From: a bacterium
GTDB lineage: Bacteria; UBA8248
Length of the DNA stretch: 64,000 nt
Assembly: GCA_963692865.2 (NCBI GenBank)
Contig: OY843592.1
Span: 3,328,001 to 3,392,000 of the forward strand
Direction of reading: 5' to 3'
Under the pieces are notes generated by a model that ran no database searches, was not told the origin of the DNA, and saw nothing but the letters and a program-made list of their open reading frames with translations. A program made the translations under genes and the position numbers. Below, piece by piece: positions 39,065 to 49,736 of this stretch; the stretch's first letter is position 1, and each line of letters begins with the position of its first letter.

Positions 39065-40473
39065 GCTTGTTCTCCCATCTCTCTGGGGTCCGCGATGCAG
39101 CCCGCAATCGCCGATGAGGCGACGACGGCCGGGCTGCCGAGGTGGGTTCTTCCGCGCGGGCTGCCCTGGCGCCCGATGAAATTGCGATTCGAGGTGGAGA
39201 TGCTCCTCTCGGCGCCCACGAGTTGATCCGGGTTCATGCCCAGGCACATCGAACACCCCGCTTCGCGCCATTCCGCGCCCGCTTCGGCGAAAACTTCGTG
39301 CAGTCCCTCTTCTTCGGCCTGTTGTTTCACCTGCTGGGAGCCGGGCACCACCAGCATCCTGACGCCCGGGTGCACCTTGTTGCCCTTCATCAGACGCGCG
39401 CCCTCGCGCAAGTCGGAGATTCTCGAATTCGTGCACGAACCCAGGAAGGCAACATCCACCTTCGTGCCGAGAATCGAACCGCCGGGCTTCAAGTCCATGA
39501 ATTCATAACCGTGTTCCGCCGTCTTCCTGTCCTCGCCCGCGAAGCTGTCCACCTCTGGAAGGGGCTGTGAAATCCCGACCGAGTGCCCCGGATTGATGCC
39601 CCAGGTGACCATCGGCTCGATGGATTCACCCGCAATCTCGTAGACGTCGTCATATTCCGCGTCATCGCCCGAGGCGATATCTCGCCAATACGCGAGGCCC
39701 CTCTCCCAGGCTTCTCCCTCGGGGCTGAACTCGCGGCCCTCGAGATAATCGAACGTCGTCTCGTCGGGATTCACGTAACCGATTCGGGCGCCGCCCTCGA
39801 TGCTCATGTTGCAGACCGTCATGCGTCCTTCCATCGACATGGCATCGAAAACGTCGCCGCCGTATTCGTAGGCGAAGCCCAGGCCGCCCTTGATGCCCAG
39901 ATCGTGAATGACGCGCAACGTAACGTCCTTGGGCGTCACGCCGGGACCGAGAGCGCCCGTGACCTCGATTCGCTTCACCTTCAGGCGATTCAGCGCCAGG
40001 GTCTGCGTCGCCAGGACGTGGCCCACCTCGGTCGTGCCGATGCCGAAACCCAGAGAACCCATCGCGCCGTGCGTGCTCGTGTGGCTGTCGCCGCAGGCGA
40101 TGGTCATGCCCGGCTGGCTGAGTCCCAACTCCGGCCCGATGACGTGAACGATGCCCTGCTTGCCGGAACCCAGGTGCAGAAAGAGGACGCCGAACTCGTT
40201 CACGTTCTGCTCCAGGGCGGCCATCATCTGTTCGGCCTGCTCGTCCTCGTAGGGCCTGATCTGGCTCAGCGTGGGGATGATGTGATCCACCGTCCCTATC
40301 GTGCGGCCGGGAAAGGCGACGCCGGCGCCGATTTCCTTGAGCATCCCGAACGCCTGGGGCGTCGTTACCTCATGGATGAGGTGCAGGCCGATGAAAATCT
40401 GGTCCTGCCCCGAATCGAGTCTGGCCACGGTGTGGGAATCCCAAACCTTATCGTAGAGCGTGTTTTTCGACAT
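39061..40473 (-). CDS. leuC: 3-isopropylmalate dehydratase large subunit
   Basis: [41 protein letters not shown]. Confidence 0.97.
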   Translation of the reverse strand: MSKNTLYDKVWDSHTVARLDSGQDQIFIGLHLIHEVTTPQAFGMLKEIGAGVAFPGRTIGTVDHIIPTLSQIRPYEDEQAEQMMAALEQNVNEFGVLFLHLGSGKQGIVHVIGPELGLSQPGMTIACGDSHTSTHGAMGSLGFGIGTTEVGHVLATQTLALNRLKVKRIEVTGALGPGVTPKDVTLRVIHDLGIKGGLGFAYEYGGDVFDAMSMEGRMTVCNMSIEGGARIGYVNPDETTFDYLEGREFSPEGEAWERGLAYWRDIASGDDAEYDDVYEIAGESIEPMVTWGINPGHSVGISQPLPEVDSFAGEDRKTAEHGYEFMDLKPGGSILGTKVDVAFLGSCTNSRISDLREGARLMKGNKVHPGVRMLVVPGSQQVKQQAEEEGLHEVFAEAGAEWREAGCSMCLGMNPDQLVGAERSISTSNRNFIGRQGSPRGRTHLGSPAVVASSAIAGCIADPREMGEQA

Positions 40474-40528
40474 GGCATTACCCTCGAAATGATCTACAAA
40501 TTCTTACGCATCATGTTGAAATCGATTG

Positions 40529-41347
40529 TCAGGAAACTGTTTTCGAGCGATCGAGACCTTCGCGCAACGAGGCGATGTAATCGCAAGCCGCCCCCATCTT
40601 GCCTTCTCGGGACTCTTGCGCCTCCATGACGTCGATGAGCGCGCTGCCCACGATGACGCCGTCTGCGTGCCCGGCCACCTCCGCCGCCTGCTCGGGCGTC
40701 TTGATGCCGAACCCCACGAGGACGGGGCGGTTCTTCACCCGGTTGATCCGCCCAAGCGTGGCGCCCAAATCCGAGTCCAGGGCGTCGCGCGCGCCGGTGA
40801 CCCCCATCTGCCCGACGTAGTAGATGAAGCCGCCGCCCGCGTCGTTCACCAGTTCGATGCGCTCCTGCGTGCTCGTGGGGGCGAGCATGAAGACGGGTTC
40901 CAGCGGATAATCGTTCATGATGTCGAGGAGAGCGCTCGCCTCTTCGGGGGGCAGGTCGGGCACGATGACGGCGTCGGCCCCCACCTGCGATGCGCCTCGC
41001 ACGAATTCCGCGAGGCCCATGGCGATGACGGGGTTGTAATACGTCATCAGCACCAAAGGCGTATCGGGTATATCCGCGCGGACCTCACCCACCATCTCCA
41101 GGACGCCGCTCAGGCGCGTTCCGCCCGCAAGCGAGCGCATGCTCGAGCGCTGGATGGTGGGGCCGTCCGCCAGGGGATCGCTGAAGGGAACCCCTACCTC
41201 GAAGCCGTCCGCCCCCGCCTCGGTCATGAGGGGCAACAGTTCGCGGGTGAAGCCCAGGTCCGGATCCCCCGCGGTGATGAACGGGAAAAGACCGGCTCTG
41301 CCCTGCGCGCGCAAACGCTCGAAACACGCTTCCAGCCTGCCGCCCAT
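40529..41347 (-). CDS. trpA: Tryptophan synthase alpha chain
   Basis: TAGDP, EVGVPFSDPLADGPTIQ, YYNP, GVTG, GFGI. Confidence 0.97.
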   Translation of the reverse strand: MGGRLEACFERLRAQGRAGLFPFITAGDPDLGFTRELLPLMTEAGADGFEVGVPFSDPLADGPTIQRSSMRSLAGGTRLSGVLEMVGEVRADIPDTPLVLMTYYNPVIAMGLAEFVRGASQVGADAVIVPDLPPEEASALLDIMNDYPLEPVFMLAPTSTQERIELVNDAGGGFIYYVGQMGVTGARDALDSDLGATLGRINRVKNRPVLVGFGIKTPEQAAEVAGHADGVIVGSALIDVMEAQESREGKMGAACDYIASLREGLDRSKTVS

Positions 41348-42564
41348 CAGCGCACATCCTCGTCATCGAGCATTTCCGACAAAAACCCCTCCGCCTGATG
41401 CACGTCCTTGTCCCCACGGCCGGAGAGGCACAACACCACTGTCTTGTACTCGCCCGCCTCTCTCGTCTCCTCGGCCAGGCGACCCAGCCAGGAAATCGCG
41501 TGGGCGCTCTCGAACGCGGGGATGATGCCCTCCAGCACGGAGAGCTTCTGGAACGCCTTGAGCGCGTCGTGGTCTTCGACGGTCACGTAGCGCGCGCGCC
41601 CTGAATCCTTCAAATGGGAGTGCTCGGGCCCCACGCCCGGATAATCGAGTCCCGCGGACACCGAATGGGCGGGTATGATCTGCCCGTCATCGTCATAGAG
41701 CAGGAACGTCTCGCAGCCATGCAGTACACCCACGCGGCCGGCGCTCAAGGACGCGCCGTGCTCCTCGGTATCCAGACCCCTGCCGCCTGCTTCCACGCCG
41801 ATTAGCTCGACCTCCGCATCGTCCACGAAAGGATGGAACAGGCCGATGGAATTGCTGCCGCCTCCGACGCAGGCCACGCAGGCGTCGGGAAGCCGGCCTT
41901 CGGCCTCGAGAACCTGCGCGCGCGCCTCGCGTCCGATGACGGACTGGAAGTCGCGAATCATCTCGGGGAAGGGATGCGGCCCCACCACCGAACCGATGAT
42001 GTAGTGGGTCGTTCTTACAGAAGCCGTCCAGTCGCGCAGCGTCTCGTTCGTGGCGTCCTTCAAGGTCTTGCTGCCCGAGGTGACCGGAATCACCCGCGCG
42101 CCCAGAAGGCGCATGCGGAAAACGTTGAGCGATTGCCTGCCGATGTCCTCCTCGCCCATGTAGACGTCGCAATCCAGTCCGAACAGCGCCGCCGCCGTGG
42201 CGGTGGCCACCCCGTGCTGGCCCGCGCCCGTCTCCGCGATGATGCGCGTTTTCCCCAGCCTCCGGGCCAGCAGGACCTGGGCGAGCGTGTTGTTTATCTT
42301 GTGGGCGCCCGTGTGGCAGAGGTCCTCGCGCTTGAGATAGACCCTGAGCGCGCCCAGATCGTCGGATAACCGCTCGGCCAGATACAGCGGCGTGGGCCTG
42401 CCTACGAATTCTCTTAAGTAATCGGCGAGTTCTTCGTGATACGCCGGGTCGCTCCGGGCTTCCTCGTAAGCGGCTTCGAGTTCCTCGAGAGCGGGCATAA
42501 GGGTTTCCGGGACATAGCGCCCCCCGAACCGACCGAACCTTCCCCTGGAGACCAATTCACTCAT
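41347..42564 (-). CDS. trpB: Tryptophan synthase beta chain
   Basis: [41 protein letters not shown]. Confidence 0.98.
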   Translation of the reverse strand: MSELVSRGRFGRFGGRYVPETLMPALEELEAAYEEARSDPAYHEELADYLREFVGRPTPLYLAERLSDDLGALRVYLKREDLCHTGAHKINNTLAQVLLARRLGKTRIIAETGAGQHGVATATAAALFGLDCDVYMGEEDIGRQSLNVFRMRLLGARVIPVTSGSKTLKDATNETLRDWTASVRTTHYIIGSVVGPHPFPEMIRDFQSVIGREARAQVLEAEGRLPDACVACVGGGSNSIGLFHPFVDDAEVELIGVEAGGRGLDTEEHGASLSAGRVGVLHGCETFLLYDDDGQIIPAHSVSAGLDYPGVGPEHSHLKDSGRARYVTVEDHDALKAFQKLSVLEGIIPAFESAHAISWLGRLAEETREAGEYKTVVLCLSGRGDKDVHQAEGFLSEMLDDEDVR

Positions 42565-43211
42565 CTTCTCATTTCCTCGAGTTCGGTTATCGCCGCGCGC
42601 GCGTTTTGTATGAAATCCATTACCCGCTCGGGGTCTTTTCGGGCCAAAACCGCACCCTCCACCCCGCTGCTCGAATCCACGCCGTAGGGCTGAACGCTCC
42701 TCACGGCCTCGGCCACGTTCTCGGGTTTGAGGCCGCCCGAGAGGATGATGGGCCTCGCCCCGGCCGCCAAGCGGGCCAGTTCCCAATCGAAGGTCTCGCC
42801 CGTGCCGCCGAGCGCGCCCTTCACGTAGGCGTCCAGCAATATGGCGCAGCCTGGAAAGTCGTCTATCCGCGCTATCGTCTCGGGCCCCTTGACCCTCAAA
42901 CCCCGGAGCACGCGCAAGCCCTGCGCCATGAGCCGGCGGCAATCCTCAGGCGTCTCGTCGCCATGAAGCTGCGCCGCGTCCAGGCCGACCCGACGCGCGA
43001 TTTCGAGGACGCGCTCGGGGGGCTCGTTCACGAAGACGCCGACCCGCGTCCCGAAAGGGGGCAACGCCTCCGCCATCTCTCTCGCCTGCTCCACCTCCAG
43101 ACACCGGGGAGTGCCAGGAACGAAATTCAGCCCCAGGGCGTCGGCGCCCGCCACCAAGGCGAATTCCGCATCCTCGGCGGTGGTGACTCCACAAATCTTC
43201 ACGCGGATCAT
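42561..43211 (-). CDS. trpF: Phosphoribosylanthranilate isomerase
   Basis: [36 protein letters not shown]. Confidence 0.96.
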   Translation of the reverse strand: MIRVKICGVTTAEDAEFALVAGADALGLNFVPGTPRCLEVEQAREMAEALPPFGTRVGVFVNEPPERVLEIARRVGLDAAQLHGDETPEDCRRLMAQGLRVLRGLRVKGPETIARIDDFPGCAILLDAYVKGALGGTGETFDWELARLAAGARPIILSGGLKPENVAEAVRSVQPYGVDSSSGVEGAVLARKDPERVMDFIQNARAAITELEEMRR

Positions 43212-43382
43212 GGTGCGAAACCCTCCCGAGCAGAGCAAGCATTTATAGCACAGAGTCGAAGCGCAAGCCTAGCGCAAGGAACGCAATACAGGCGCAGTGC
43301 GAGACGATACCAGCAGACCGGGCACGTGCGTCAGCTTGGACTTGGGAGATGCAAATTACGGAGGTATGGAAGCGTCGGCCAG

Positions 43383-44096
43383 TTAGCCGCCGCCCAGATA
43401 CATCATCTTGACTTCCTGGTTGTTCAGGAGTTCGTGGCCGCCGCCTTGATAGCGGTTCCTGCCGAGTTCGAGCACGTAGCCACGATCTGAAATTTCCAGA
43501 GCGCGCGCGGCGTTCTGCTCGACGAGCATGATCGTAAGTCCTTCTTTGGCGAGGCTCACGATTTTCTCGAACACTTCGGTCACGAAACGGGGGCTCAAGC
43601 CCAGGGAAGGCTCATCGAGCATGATCATCTTGGGTCGTGTCATCAGCGCGCGGCCCATGGCCAGCATCTGCTGCTCGCCGCCGCTCATCGTGCCCCCCAA
43701 CTGCTTTTGCCGCTCACCGAGGCGCGGGAAGAGCGTGAAGACGTAATCCATCGCCTCGTCGATTTTCTTCTGATCACGCTCGATGTAGGCGCCCATCTCC
43801 AGGTTTTCCTTGACCGTCATCTGGTTGAAGACGATGCGGCCCTGCGGCACGTAGCCCAGCCCCCGGCCCAGAATCTGATCCGGACGACTGCCCACGATGT
43901 TCTGTCCCTCGAACTCTATCTCGCCGCCGAGGTAGTTGATGAAGCCCATGATAATCTTGAAAGTCGTGGATTTCCCGGCACCGTTGGGCCCGATGACGGC
44001 CACCACCTCGTCTTTGTTCACGTGGAGCGACACGTCGTGGAGTATCTGGATTCGGCCATACGCCGCGTTGACATCCTTGAGATCTAATAGCGCCAT
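43383..44096 (-). CDS. livF: Branched-chain amino acid (HAAT) ABC ATPase, LivF-like
   Basis: GPNGAGKST, SGGEQQMLAMGRAL, DEPSLGL, VEQN. Confidence 0.9.
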   Translation of the reverse strand: MALLDLKDVNAAYGRIQILHDVSLHVNKDEVVAVIGPNGAGKSTTFKIIMGFINYLGGEIEFEGQNIVGSRPDQILGRGLGYVPQGRIVFNQMTVKENLEMGAYIERDQKKIDEAMDYVFTLFPRLGERQKQLGGTMSGGEQQMLAMGRALMTRPKMIMLDEPSLGLSPRFVTEVFEKIVSLAKEGLTIMLVEQNAARALEISDRGYVLELGRNRYQGGGHELLNNQEVKMMYLGGG

Positions 44097-44822
44097 TTAT
44101 CTGTGTCCAAAATATGCTTCGATAACGTCTTCGTTTGCCTGAATATCCTCGGGCAGACCTTCGGCGATCTTCACGCCGTAGTCCAGGACGAACACTTTCT
44201 CGCAGTGGTTCATGATGACGTTCATGTCGTGTTCCACGATGAGAATCGTCTTTCCCTGGTCTTCCTGAAGATGGTGAATGTGGTCGAGCAGGTTGTTGAG
44301 CAGGGTCCTGTTGACGCCAGCCGCGGGCTCATCCAGGAGGATGAGGTCGGGGTCCGTCATGAGGGCGCGGGCGAATTCGAGGAGTTTCTGCTGTCCGTAA
44401 GAAAGGTTTCCACCGTACTCGCCGCGAAGTTTCGTGAGCGTGACGAATTCCATCAAATGCTCTGCGCGCTCACGCGCCTCGCGCACAGGAATCTTCATGC
44501 TGGAGGCTGAGAGCATGTTCTCGAACACCGTCATCTCGCGATAGATGCGCGTAATCTGGAAGGTGCGGCTGATGCCCCTGTTGAAGACCTCATAGGGCCT
44601 CAAACCCACGATATTCTCTCCGTTGTAAAACACCTCTCCGCTGTCCGCCTCAAGAACGCCCGTGAGCAGGTTGAACGTGGTGGTCTTGCCGGAGCCGTTC
44701 GGGCCAATAAGTCCCGATATCTGACCCTTGGGCACCTGAAAAGTGCACCCATCCACCGCCTTGATGCCCCCGAAGTATTTCTTCAGGTGTTGAATGTCGA
44801 GAGCAATTTCTGTTTCGGCCAT
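44097..44822 (-). CDS. livG: HAAT ABC ATPase, LivG-like
   Basis: [38 protein letters not shown]. Confidence 0.9.
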   Translation of the reverse strand: MAETEIALDIQHLKKYFGGIKAVDGCTFQVPKGQISGLIGPNGSGKTTTFNLLTGVLEADSGEVFYNGENIVGLRPYEVFNRGISRTFQITRIYREMTVFENMLSASSMKIPVREARERAEHLMEFVTLTKLRGEYGGNLSYGQQKLLEFARALMTDPDLILLDEPAAGVNRTLLNNLLDHIHHLQEDQGKTILIVEHDMNVIMNHCEKVFVLDYGVKIAEGLPEDIQANEDVIEAYFGHR

Positions 44823-44843
44823 TTTCTCGCGCTGCTCCGTTTC

Positions 44844-45782
44844 TTAGTGAACCATACCCTTGCGCGCCCAGCCTTTATCGATGGCGAATCCCATCAACCC
44901 GCGCGGCATGAACCGGGCCACGAGGACGATGAAGATGCCGAATGCGATAAGGTGGGCCGTCGGGAACTTCACCCAGGTAATTTCCTGAACGATATACAAG
45001 ACGAACGTGCCCAGAATGGGTCCGATCACCGTTCCCTTGCCGCCGAACATTGCGAATAGCTTCATGTATATGGTTACAAGGATGAAGAACTCGGTTTCGG
45101 GGTCGATGTAGAGAACCTTGTACGCCTGAATGCCGCCGGCCGCCGCCGGGAAGATGGCGGAGAGCGCGAAGGCGGAAAGCTTGTAGAACGTGGTGTTGAT
45201 GCCCAGGCTTTCGGCGGCGATTTCGTCCTCTCGTATGGCGTTCAGGCGGATCCCGAACCTCGAATGCCCTACCCAATAGGACACGACAATGGTGACCAGC
45301 ATGACCACCAGCATGGCGAAATACGTTTCAAAGGAGTTTTCAATGTTGGGTAGTCCGATTCCCTCTCCGCCGTGCGTGAGATCTTCCCACACCGTGGCGA
45401 CCACGCGCGTGCCCTCCGCCGCGCCGAGCATGGCGATGGCGAAATATGGGCCTTTGAGGCGCAAAACCGGGAACCCGATTATCAATGAGATCACGAAGGA
45501 GACGAATACGCCCACGAAAAGGGTCGGTATCCAATGCCAGCCGTAGTCCACCACCAGAATGCCCGTCGCATACGCGCCGATGCCGTAGAACATGACGTGG
45601 CCGAACGACACGTAGCCCGTGTAGCCGCTGATGATGTTCCAACTCAAGGAAAGAACGACGTACATCATCGTGAACATAATGACGGAGCGCTGATACAGAT
45701 TGATGTTCGAGGGCAACGCGCACAAGATGATTATGAGTATGGCCAGCAATCCGAAATTACGGAGGTGTTCATTTTGGCCCAT
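44844..45782 (-). CDS. livM: HAAT ABC permease, LivM-like
   Basis: WNIISGYTGYVSFGH, LRLKGPYFAI, AIREDEIAA. Confidence 0.9.
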   Translation of the reverse strand: MGQNEHLRNFGLLAILIIILCALPSNINLYQRSVIMFTMMYVVLSLSWNIISGYTGYVSFGHVMFYGIGAYATGILVVDYGWHWIPTLFVGVFVSFVISLIIGFPVLRLKGPYFAIAMLGAAEGTRVVATVWEDLTHGGEGIGLPNIENSFETYFAMLVVMLVTIVVSYWVGHSRFGIRLNAIREDEIAAESLGINTTFYKLSAFALSAIFPAAAGGIQAYKVLYIDPETEFFILVTIYMKLFAMFGGKGTVIGPILGTFVLYIVQEITWVKFPTAHLIAFGIFIVLVARFMPRGLMGFAIDKGWARKGMVH

Positions 45783-45793
45783 TCAGAGCTCTC

Positions 45794-46783
45794 CTAGTTT
45801 TCTTTCGGCCCCATCAGGCCGCGAGGCCTGATCAGCAGCACGAAAACCATCATCCCGTAGGACGCAATTTCCACCATGGCGGTACCGTTGGGGATCATGA
45901 AGGATATGAGGCTCTCGATAACCGCGAGCATCACCCCTCCGATGAGCGCACCGATATAGTGGCCCCTGCCTCCAAGCACGATGATGGCGAAGGCTTGCAG
46001 CGTATACAACACGCCCGTTTCCGGGTTGAAGCCGAACTGAATCGAGACCAGGGCGCCGCCCGCCACGGCCAGCGCCGCAGCGAGTCCCGAGGTAATCATG
46101 TAGATATGGTAAATGTTGATGCCGCAGACCATGGCGACGTCCGCGTTTTGCGCCGTCGCGCGTATCGCCTTGCCGAGGCGGTGAATTTTCAGAAATATAA
46201 AGACGCTGATGGAGATGAAGGCGGCCATCACGAAGCTGATGATCTTGCTCCTGCTCACCGCGATGGTCTCGGTGAGTTGAAACGCGTCGGGAGCGTAGGG
46301 GATGGTGCGGTAATCGGTGGTAAAGATGGCTTCGACGATATGAATGATCGTGAGGCCCATGCCGAAGGTTATCAGCAAGGGCGTCAGTTCCGGCCCGCCC
46401 ACAACAGCGTTCAACAACAGCTTCTGGATGAGTAGCCCGATGACAAAAGCGATGGGAAGCGTGAGGAACAAGGCGAGGAGCGGGTCGATTCCCACATAGA
46501 AGAAGAACATCCAGGTCAGGTAGGCGCCCAGCATCACCAGCTCGCCATGCGCCACGTTGATGATGCGCATGACGCCGAAGATGAGGGTAAGCCCCACGGC
46601 GAACATGGCGTAGACGCCGCCCTGCATGATGCCGTTCAGGATGACGGTGGTCAGGTCCGCCAGCCATTGAAGGTCAAAGAAGACGTTATCCGTATAAATT
46701 CCGACGCCGAACGGTATGGTGTACGCCGCCACCAAAAACAACGCCAGCCAGTACTTACTACGGATTTCCGCTTTTTCCTGCAT
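45794..46783 (-). CDS. livH: HAAT ABC permease, LivH-like
   Basis: GLTLIFGVMRIINVAHG, GKAIRA, VLGG, IRPRGL. Confidence 0.9.
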   Translation of the reverse strand: MQEKAEIRSKYWLALFLVAAYTIPFGVGIYTDNVFFDLQWLADLTTVILNGIMQGGVYAMFAVGLTLIFGVMRIINVAHGELVMLGAYLTWMFFFYVGIDPLLALFLTLPIAFVIGLLIQKLLLNAVVGGPELTPLLITFGMGLTIIHIVEAIFTTDYRTIPYAPDAFQLTETIAVSRSKIISFVMAAFISISVFIFLKIHRLGKAIRATAQNADVAMVCGINIYHIYMITSGLAAALAVAGGALVSIQFGFNPETGVLYTLQAFAIIVLGGRGHYIGALIGGVMLAVIESLISFMIPNGTAMVEIASYGMMVFVLLIRPRGLMGPKEN

Positions 46784-46836
46784 GAGAGATCAAGTCTCCG
46801 CTAACGACTGCACAAAAGAATCTGATACTTTTTACC

Positions 46837-46873
46837 TTCGCGCCGGAGCCGCTTTTATCAGCCCCGGCGCGAA
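46837..46873 (-). terminator. Stem-loop between binding-protein gene and livH (partial terminator or mRNA stabiliser)
   Basis: TTCGCGCCGG / CCGGCGCGAA 10-bp inverted repeat; no U-tract on the coding strand. Confidence 0.55.
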
Positions 46874-46913
46874 AGTTCAAGTATTTATTGCATTTTCGCG
46901 TCTAATGCAACCC

Positions 46914-48110
46914 CTAGTTCTTGCCCCTGTCCTTCCAATTGGGCATCGGCAGCTTGTAGGGGACTTCCGATATCTTCTTGGGCCATACGATCTTGCGCTC
47001 GCCGTTCAATATCTGGAAGGTCAATCCCTCGTGCTGGTTCAAGTTGTTCTTATCCACTTTCCAGGGACCGATGACGGTCGTGGTCTTCATGGTGCGCAAC
47101 GCCTTCCACACCTTGTCCCGGTCCGCAGAGCCGGCCTTCGCCACCGCGTCGCCGAAAATCTGAAGGGACGCATAGGACTGACCCGCGTGGTAGTTGGGGT
47201 TCACGCCGTAGCGTTTCTTATACGCCGCGATGAACTCCTTCATGCCGGGCCTCTTGAGAATGGCCGGCTTCGGCTCCCACTGGCTGAAGCCCAGAACGTA
47301 TTCGGCCGTGTTGCCGAGCTGTTTGGCGAACTTCGGAAGGCCCGGGCCGACGGTTCCGGCGAAAATCTTGAGGTTGATGTTCAGTTCGCGAAGCTGGCGA
47401 ATCTGCGCTGCGGCGTCCGCGAAATAGCTGTTCGAGATGAGCGCTTCCGCGCGGCGCGCCTTGATCTTCTGCAAAAGCGCGGTGAAGTCGGTCTGCTTGC
47501 GCGGATAGTTCTCGTTCAGCACCACTTTGAGGCCGAGCTTCTTCGCCCATTCCACGGCGCCCTCAGCAGACTGACGCGGGAAAAGGCTGTCCTCGCCGAC
47601 AATGGCGATTCGCTTCACACCGATGTCCCTGGCGATGTGAATCGCGCCCTTCTGGTAGTCCTGGGCGACGGCGATGATGTTGAACAGATATTTGCGGCCT
47701 TTCTTCCAGATGATGCCCGAGGAGGCGCCCGGCGCCATCGTGGGGTACTTGTACCTTTCCAGCACGTTGGCCACGGCGTCGGTGATGCCGCTGGAGTAGG
47801 GGCCGATGGTCAGGTTCACCTTGTCCTGCGTGATCAGCTTCTCATAGAGCTTGATGCTCGTCTGCTTGTCAGATTTGTCGTCCAGGATGGTGAAGTCGAT
47901 TTTCTTGCCGAGCCACCCTTTTCCGGCGTTCACCTGATCCACATACAGCTTGTAGGAGTTCACCATACGTCCGGCGGGCTCGGCGTAGCGGCCCGTCTGC
48001 GAAATGGCGATTCCCAGAGAGACCTTGTCCATCGCGTAGCTTTTCTCCACGAAGGGAGCAGCCGAGAGGGCGAGAGCAAAGCCGAGAATCAAAACCAGGC
48101 TTTTCTTCAT
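46914..48110 (-). CDS. HAAT ABC substrate-binding protein, copy A
   Basis: Signal peptide MKKSLVLILG...; SQTGRYA, LDDKSD, GPYSSG. Confidence 0.9.
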   Translation of the reverse strand: MKKSLVLILGFALALSAAPFVEKSYAMDKVSLGIAISQTGRYAEPAGRMVNSYKLYVDQVNAGKGWLGKKIDFTILDDKSDKQTSIKLYEKLITQDKVNLTIGPYSSGITDAVANVLERYKYPTMAPGASSGIIWKKGRKYLFNIIAVAQDYQKGAIHIARDIGVKRIAIVGEDSLFPRQSAEGAVEWAKKLGLKVVLNENYPRKQTDFTALLQKIKARRAEALISNSYFADAAAQIRQLRELNINLKIFAGTVGPGLPKFAKQLGNTAEYVLGFSQWEPKPAILKRPGMKEFIAAYKKRYGVNPNYHAGQSYASLQIFGDAVAKAGSADRDKVWKALRTMKTTTVIGPWKVDKNNLNQHEGLTFQILNGERKIVWPKKISEVPYKLPMPNWKDRGKN

Positions 48111-48281
48111 TTCTTTACACTCCTTTAATCCTTTAATGGAAACAAAAAATACTGCCATACAACAGAGAAACAAGATGAAATTACTGCTCACACGTTAACG
48201 GCAACAATAAGATTCTTTCTTCGCGAGAAGTTCAACTTCACGAAGTGATGGATACGCATTTTAGCCGTCAATAACGGCGAT

Positions 48282-48309
48282 ATGATACGCATATTGTTTC
48301 ATATGTCAA
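48282..48309 (-). promoter_or_regulatory. Candidate sigma70 promoter for copy A and livHMGF
   Basis: TTGACA-N16-TATCAT in an AT-rich gap, downstream of the terminator at 48367-48402. Confidence 0.6.
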
Positions 48310-48366
48310 AGGGGGTTTTGCAAAGAATTTGTGAAAACCCTTCAAATCGTTTTTACCACGGCGAAA

Positions 48367-48402
48367 ATCCCGCCCCGCGCGAAACCGGGCGCGGGGCGGG
48401 AT
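48367..48402 (-). terminator. Intrinsic terminator after binding protein B
   Basis: 14-bp stem ATCCCGCCCCGCGC / GCGCGGGGCGGGAT followed by Ts on the minus strand. Confidence 0.75.
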
Positions 48403-48445
48403 CAAGCGATTGTGCAGGAAAACTAGTTTTATCCCTTAAGCTGCT

Positions 48446-49642
48446 CTAGTTCTTGGCCCTGTCCTTCCATTTGGGCATCGGCAGCTTGTAGGGAACTTCC
48501 GATATCTTCTTGGGCCACACGATTTTGCGCTCGCCGTTCAATATCTGGAAGGTCAAGCCCTCGTGATTGTTCATGCCGGTTTCATCCACTTTCCAGGGAC
48601 CGATGATGGTCGTGGTGCTCATGGTGCGCATCGTCCGCCATACCTTGTCCCTGTCAATGGAGCCGGCTCGTTTCACCGCTTCGCCGAAAACCTGCATGGA
48701 CGCATAGGACTGGCCCGCGTGGTAGTTCGGCTTCACGCCGTAACGCTTCTCATACGCCGCGATGAAAGCCCTCATGCCGGGCCGCTTGAGGATTTCCGGC
48801 TTCGGCTCCCACTGGCTGAAGCCCAGAACGTACTCCGCCGTGTTGCCGAGCTGCTTGGCGAACTTGGGCAGGCCCGGGCCGACGGTTCCGGCGAATATCT
48901 TCATGTTGATGTTGAGCTCGCGAAGCTGGCGAATCTGCGCCGCAGCGTCAGCGAAGTAGCTGTTCGAGATGAGCGCCTCCGCGCGGCGCGCCTTGATCTT
49001 CTGGAGCAATGCTGTGAAGTCGGTCTGCTTGCGCGGATAGTTCTCGTTCAGCACCACCTTGAGACCGAGCTTCTTCGCCCAGTCCACGGCGCCTTCCGCC
49101 GACTGGCGCGGGAAGAGGCTGTCCTCGCCGATGATGGCGATTCTCTTGACGCCGATGTCCTTGGCGATGTGGAGCGCGCCCTTCTGGTAGTCCTGGGCGA
49201 CGGCGATGATGTCGAAGAGATACTTGCGGCCCTTCTTCCAGATGATGCCCGAGGCGGCGCCCGGCGCCAGCGTGGGGTACTTGTATCTTTCGAGCACGTT
49301 GGCCACGGCGTCGGTGATGCCGCTGGAGTAGGGGCCCATGGTCAGGTCCACCTTGTCCTGCGTGATCAGCTTCTCATAGAGCTTGATGCTGGTCTGCTTG
49401 TCCGACTTGTCGTCCAGGATGATCATGTCGATCTTCTTGCCGAGCCAACCACCCTTGGCGTTCATCTGGTCCACGTACAGATGGTAGGAGTTCACCATAC
49501 GTCCGGCGGGCTCGGCGTAGCGGCCCGTCTGCGAAATGGCGATCCCCAGCGTGACCTTGTCCTTCGCATGGCCTTTCTCCACGAAGGGAGCAGCCGTGAA
49601 GGCGAGGGCAAAGCCGAGAACCAAAACAAGGCTTTTCTTCAT
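48446..49642 (-). CDS. HAAT ABC substrate-binding protein, copy B
   Basis: 398 aa, near-identical to copy A over long stretches. Confidence 0.9.
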   Translation of the reverse strand: MKKSLVLVLGFALAFTAAPFVEKGHAKDKVTLGIAISQTGRYAEPAGRMVNSYHLYVDQMNAKGGWLGKKIDMIILDDKSDKQTSIKLYEKLITQDKVDLTMGPYSSGITDAVANVLERYKYPTLAPGAASGIIWKKGRKYLFDIIAVAQDYQKGALHIAKDIGVKRIAIIGEDSLFPRQSAEGAVDWAKKLGLKVVLNENYPRKQTDFTALLQKIKARRAEALISNSYFADAAAQIRQLRELNINMKIFAGTVGPGLPKFAKQLGNTAEYVLGFSQWEPKPEILKRPGMRAFIAAYEKRYGVKPNYHAGQSYASMQVFGEAVKRAGSIDRDKVWRTMRTMSTTTIIGPWKVDETGMNNHEGLTFQILNGERKIVWPKKISEVPYKLPMPKWKDRAKN

Positions 49643-49736
49643 CTCCTATACTCCTCTTATGGAAGTTCAAAAGTTGCGCCGCCATCATTATACGACGCGC
49701 TACGGTTGAACAACCTTCGCCATACAAGCCGCCTTC

